From: a virus
Lineage: Duplodnaviria; Caudoviricetes
Length of the DNA: 37,789 nt
IMG/VR virus record: IMGVR_UViG_3300020043_006244
Location: 1-37,789 of that record
Direction: 5' to 3' (one strand)
In this document: one piece after another, positions 34,279-37,789 of the stretch
How positions within the stretch are numbered: position 1 is the first letter of the stretch
Layout of the letters: each line of letters opens with the position of its first letter
The notes under the pieces: generated by a model
What the model saw: only the letters and a program-made list of their open reading frames with translations
What the model was told of the DNA's origin: nothing
Database searches by the model: none
Translations under genes and position numbers: made by a program

Positions 34279-34611
34279 TCAGTAGGCGGCGGACTGCTTC
34301 TTGAGTTCGTCGAGCTTTGCGTTCTCTGCTTCGACGTACTCGGCACGTACAGCAATCTCAATTTGGCGCATTTCTTCTGCGACGGTGGAGTCGTATGCCT
34401 CCTGAGCCTTGGTTTTGATTTCGGTTTCGTGTTCTGCTTGGGCGGCTTTGATGCGAGCTTCGAGTTCAGATACTTCTACTTTCTTCTCAATCTCTACAAT
34501 CTCCTTCTGTGGGGCAACGTACTCTGGCACTGCGAGGAGCTGGTGTCCATAGGTGAGAAGTGCGAGAGAGGCGATTGTAGCAAGTGTTCCGTAGAGAATT
34601 ATTGTTTTCAT
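34279..34611 (-). CDS. Signal/TM-anchored coiled-coil protein, in frame with SLT domain
   Basis: Hydrophobic N-terminus, coiled coil, TGA then 5 sense codons to SLT start. Confidence 0.75.
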   Translation of the reverse strand: MKTIILYGTLATIASLALLTYGHQLLAVPEYVAPQKEIVEIEKKVEVSELEARIKAAQAEHETEIKTKAQEAYDSTVAEEMRQIEIAVRAEYVEAENAKLDELKKQSAAY

Positions 34612-34639
34612 GTTTAGTTAGTTATTGTTGGCGGGCGAG

Positions 34640-34927
34640 TTATAGTTCCAATCTGCAAGAACCGTGGCAGTTTTTCACAGCTTCGTAGGCTTCGACTGGT
34701 TTGCTGCATTCTATGCAGATATGGTTTGTGTCGAATGCACTCTCTTTGTTTACTAGATGAAGACGTTGAGGGGATATGCCTGAAGGTTGGATTAGTTTGG
34801 TTTGCTGCTGTAGACACTTTATGCAGAAGAATATTGCTTCGCTTCCATCAATTCCTCCATTGTCATTGTGGGTGAAACGGGTTTTGATGAAGTTCCATCG
34901 GTGTGGGCATTGGTGGTCGTGTGGCAT
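34640..34927 (-). CDS. Cys/His-rich hypothetical protein
   Basis: CPH, CIKC, CIEC. Confidence 0.55.
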   Translation of the reverse strand: MPHDHQCPHRWNFIKTRFTHNDNGGIDGSEAIFFCIKCLQQQTKLIQPSGISPQRLHLVNKESAFDTNHICIECSKPVEAYEAVKNCHGSCRLEL

Positions 34928-34972
34928 AGTTAAGTTAGTTAAACCCGCCTCCATCGGGTTAGTTATAGGGTA

Positions 34973-35428
34973 TTACGGGGTGGTGGAGGAGGGAAGAGGA
35001 GGGGTGGGGATAGAGTAGAAGCCCAGGAGTGCAGCATCAGAAAAACGCACGGCCCGTGTACCTTTTTGACATTTCTTATAATTTGTTTCCTGAATATAGA
35101 ACTCCCCTACACCCTGCCCGGTGACTACGGCGTAGTGCTTCACTCCGTCATAATCAAACACAGCCACCTCACCAAAAGTAGGGGAAACATTGGCGAGCAC
35201 TTCTGCTGATCGGGGGAGATTGGGGTATTGCTGCTTGACTGCTAGATAGCAATTACACAGTACCTCGTCGTACACGGGTTCGGGAGGCTTAGGGCGTGGG
35301 GGTTCTTCTACTATGTGCTCTCCGGGCTGGTAGATGCTACCAAGGCCCTCTAGCAAGGGGGCTGAGGCTGTTTGGTTTGGGATGTATGAGAGAGCGAGGA
35401 CAAGGAATGTAATGAGTAGTTTTGGAAT
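34973..35428 (-). CDS. Secreted CHAP-like amidase/peptidase
   Basis: CNCY, HYAVV, QETNY; frame extends upstream into a signal peptide; start uncertain, possibly ATT 35428. Confidence 0.75.
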   Translation of the reverse strand: MPKLLITFLVLALSYIPNQTASAPLLEGLGSIYQPGEHIVEEPPRPKPPEPVYDEVLCNCYLAVKQQYPNLPRSAEVLANVSPTFGEVAVFDYDGVKHYAVVTGQGVGEFYIQETNYKKCQKGTRAVRFSDAALLGFYSIPTPPLPSSTTP

Positions 35429-35787
35429 AAGCGTGGTGTTAGTCGAGCAGTCATATCTGTGTTGCGGTCATCCCTCTATTATATCAATTGGAGGGGGTAT
35501 TTTTGATTAGACCACGCAAAAAGCCACGGGTCGATGCGTGGCTTTCGGCGAAACTTTAGTCGTCCAACTATTCCCATAGCTGAGGTATTTAGTATAGCAA
35601 ACACAAAACCACCTGTGAAGGCGGCAGTGTGCGGTTCATTTTAATCGCGTTATTGATTTACTTCTAAACAACCAAGTTAGAAGCCAAAGTACTCCGCTAC
35701 CCATCCCTTACGGGTGTAGAGGTTTATCCTACAATAGCACAAACCCCGCTCGGCTAAAACGGGGTGTGTGCATAACTCGTCGCGGAG

Positions 35788-36018
35788 CTATAGGCCAGCT
35801 ACAGCGCGGGTTCCTGAATATAGGCCCGAGGCTGTGAGGCCTGATACAATCCCCTCGAAAACTCGCAACGCGACATCTCCCTCGGAGAGGAAGAACATTG
35901 CGATGATACCGAAGGAGATTGATACCAATGGTACCACGTTTGAGGGGAGGAGAAGCGCTCGCTTGAATGCTTCTACCAATCCTACTAACGCGGCGACTAC
36001 TACTACTGTTTCTACCAT
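35788..36018 (-). CDS. Holin
   Basis: Three hydrophobic segments, GIVSGLTASGLYSG; follows endolysin. Confidence 0.8.
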   Translation of the reverse strand: MVETVVVVAALVGLVEAFKRALLLPSNVVPLVSISFGIIAMFFLSEGDVALRVFEGIVSGLTASGLYSGTRAVAGL

Positions 36019-36021
36019 GTA

Positions 36022-36612
36022 CTATTTGTTTAATCGATCTGATAACCGCTCTGCGAGGAGAGCGAGCTTTTGCCGGATATATTTTATGGTATTGGTAACC
36101 TTTAAAATGTCCGGTGCAAAAGCGTTGGCCATGTATGGCATGGGGTCAATTGGATGCCACTCACCTGCTACGTACAGCTCAACCTGGAAGTGCAGGTGAT
36201 TGCCAGAAGAATATCCGGTGTTGTCGGCCCAGCCAATGAGCTGCCCTGTTTCTACAGCATCGCCTACACGTACCTGATGCCCGAGGAGGTGCTCGTAGAT
36301 GTGCCGGAATCGTATTGGGCCTTCGGTACTTTCAATGCGTACATCGAGGCCAGACTTGGGGTCGGGGTCTATCTTGTAAACAAAACCGCGTTGAGCCGCG
36401 AAGATAGGTTGCCCGTGAGAAGCAACGAGGTCAATACCTTTGTGGCCTTTGTCGCCGTAGAGGGGTTTGGAGCCAGCAGGGCAGACACGGTTGTTGCGAG
36501 AGAAGACTGTGTTTTTACCGTCGGTAGATATGCACATCCTGTTCTCGCCAAAGTGTTGTGTGAGGCGGAATGGTTTGAGTGGTTGGTATAGGTATTTATT
36601 ATGTGGTGTCAT
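36022..36612 (-). CDS. M23 metallopeptidase endolysin
   Basis: HKGID, YEHL, TGYSSGNHLHF, IDP. Confidence 0.9.
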   Translation of the reverse strand: MTPHNKYLYQPLKPFRLTQHFGENRMCISTDGKNTVFSRNNRVCPAGSKPLYGDKGHKGIDLVASHGQPIFAAQRGFVYKIDPDPKSGLDVRIESTEGPIRFRHIYEHLLGHQVRVGDAVETGQLIGWADNTGYSSGNHLHFQVELYVAGEWHPIDPMPYMANAFAPDILKVTNTIKYIRQKLALLAERLSDRLNK

Positions 36613-36821
36613 ATAAATTTATTTGCGAAGAAAGCTATGACGGAAGCTCCAATCGAGCTATAGGCTGCAATTTTGGTCAGAGAGTTCTCATTGCTGCGGA
36701 GTCGTTCGGCGAGGCGCTGTACTTCCGGCTGCATGGTCTGAATTTGTGCGCGGGAGCGGAGCAGGAGGGTGTTCTTTATTCCTTTGAGGATTGCTTGGAG
36801 GCGTTCAAGTTGCGGTTTCAT
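36609..36821 (-). CDS. Coiled-coil protein with C-terminal TM
   Basis: 70 aa, lysis module. Confidence 0.6.
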   Translation of the reverse strand: MKPQLERLQAILKGIKNTLLLRSRAQIQTMQPEVQRLAERLRSNENSLTKIAAYSSIGASVIAFFANKFI

Positions 36822-37113
36822 AATCTTTAGTTTTGTTTATATTGCTGTACGTTGCCCCTGTCAAAATAAAAGCAACGAGGACATTGATGCCATTGATTGC
36901 ATCCCACACGGGCACTGGCGCAATAGAGTCATGCACGAGTTGGTAGTATGTCTGGAAGGTATACAGCCCCGAGATAAGCAAAAAGAGTATGAGGTATATT
37001 TTATGGCGAAACGGTAAATGATTGTATGCAAGGGAGAGCCCCGCGCGGTACGCCGCAATCCAGTATATGCACATCACCAGAATGTCTATTGATATATCTG
37101 TGGGAGACAACAT
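36805..37113 (-). CDS. Three-TM membrane protein
   Basis: 102 aa hydrophobic. Confidence 0.65.
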   Translation of the reverse strand: MLSPTDISIDILVMCIYWIAAYRAGLSLAYNHLPFRHKIYLILFLLISGLYTFQTYYQLVHDSIAPVPVWDAINGINVLVAFILTGATYSNINKTKDYETAT

Positions 37114-37114
37114 G

Positions 37115-37429
37115 CTATTTTTTTATGACTGTGTATGAAACATAACGATCTGCTATCTCTGCAAGTTTGCGAACTGAAAATCCCGAGGCGATGAGTAATC
37201 CGGGGTATGAGACTCCGAGCACTTGTGTAGACAAGTCATGCACAATAAATCCCGCAATAAAGCCGAGGAAACAATACACAAGCATGTTTGTTATTTTAAA
37301 CAACGAAGGATTCTGTGAGATTTCGTTGACGTAGAACCCCGCCCCACCCAACATACCGTAGAGCCCTGGTGAGAGGAACGTGAGCGCGGAGGTGCCGAGT
37401 ATGAAGATTGTTGCTTTCGGGGGGGTCAT
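37115..37429 (-). CDS. Holin-like membrane protein
   Basis: 104 aa, Gly-rich TM helices. Confidence 0.6.
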   Translation of the reverse strand: MTPPKATIFILGTSALTFLSPGLYGMLGGAGFYVNEISQNPSLFKITNMLVYCFLGFIAGFIVHDLSTQVLGVSYPGLLIASGFSVRKLAEIADRYVSYTVIKK

Positions 37430-37448
37430 GTTTCTGTGTCTACCGTAG

Positions 37449-37772
37449 TTATGCGTGCGTTTGGACGTCTTCCCATGCTGTACCTCTACGGACCTTCATT
37501 TCCCCGATTTGCCAGTCAGCACCGTCATAGTATGCGACCGCATTGGTAGGGGGAACGGATGCAGAGGGTGACGAGGAGGGTGAAGACGATGGCGAGGGGC
37601 TTGAGGAAGGGCTGCTTGAAGGAGATGTTGATGGAGATGTTGAGGGGCTCGTGGAAGGAGACGATGATGGCGAAGTAGATGGGCTCGTAGAAGGAGAAGA
37701 TGATACGGACGAAGAGGGCGACGAAGACGGGCTGGGTGAAGATGATGGTGAGCTGGATACTGAGGAGGAGGG
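37449..37772 (-). CDS. C-terminal Ser/Pro stalk fragment, probable 3' end of gene at 1-1383
   Basis: PSSSVSSSPSSSPSP...SASVPPTNAVAYYDGADWQIGEMKVRRGTAWEDVQTHA stop; parallels C-terminus of 1389-2981. Confidence 0.8.
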   Translation of the reverse strand, partial: PSSSVSSSPSSSPSPSSSPSSSVSSSPSTSPSTSPSSSPSTSPSTSPSTSPSSSPSSSPSPSSSPSSSPSASVPPTNAVAYYDGADWQIGEMKVRRGTAWEDVQTHA

Positions 37773-37789
37773 TTCCTACGCTGTCTACC

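Larger units (their letters stand above)
1..37789. mobile_element. Near-complete tailed bacteriophage genome (podovirus-like), circularly permuted
   Basis: TerS/TerL, portal, scaffold, capsid, replication and lysis modules all present; no tape measure or sheath; the two window ends look like halves of one gene. Confidence 0.95.

Noticed and set aside
37770-37789. Last 20 nt are an exact inverted copy of 2483-2502 (possible inversion site or terminal repeat)
   Set aside because: It sits at the contig tip and puts TAG stops in the stalk frame; most likely a chimeric-read or amplification artefact
1-37789. Genome-wide stop-codon reassignment
   Set aside because: Long genes are intact in code 11; TGA and TAG both end genes at tight junctions

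Overview
The window is a near-complete, circularly permuted ~37.8 kb tailed-phage genome with podovirus-like organisation. Almost all genes are on the minus strand: terminase, portal, scaffold, capsid, adaptor, nozzle-like and ejection-like proteins; replication initiator with iterons, DnaB-like helicase, SSB-like and NinG/NinB-like genes; and M23, CHAP and SLT hydrolases with holin-like genes. Short leaders without Shine-Dalgarno (SD) sites and extended -10 promoters suggest a Patescibacteria (CPR) host, which is an inference. Two loci stand out. (1) Two virion-type proteins with mucin-like Ser/Pro/Thr stalks lie beside a glycosyltransferase carrying the motifs of eukaryotic polypeptide GalNAc-transferases, a second GT and two methyltransferases: a candidate phage mucin-type O-glycosylation system. 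(2) A plus-strand ~700-nt promoter-to-terminator unit folds into a large multi-domain RNA with a repeated closing-helix motif, a third copy of which lies ~1.1 kb away on the other strand. Also seen: an integrase cut at the anticodon loop of a tRNA-Gln 3' half, a 10-nt long-range pairing bracketing the capsid gene, DnaA-box-like sites at fixed spacing upstream of six promoters, and an in-frame TGA splitting a lytic transglycosylase gene. All family assignments come from motif recognition by eye; no searches or folding programs were run.
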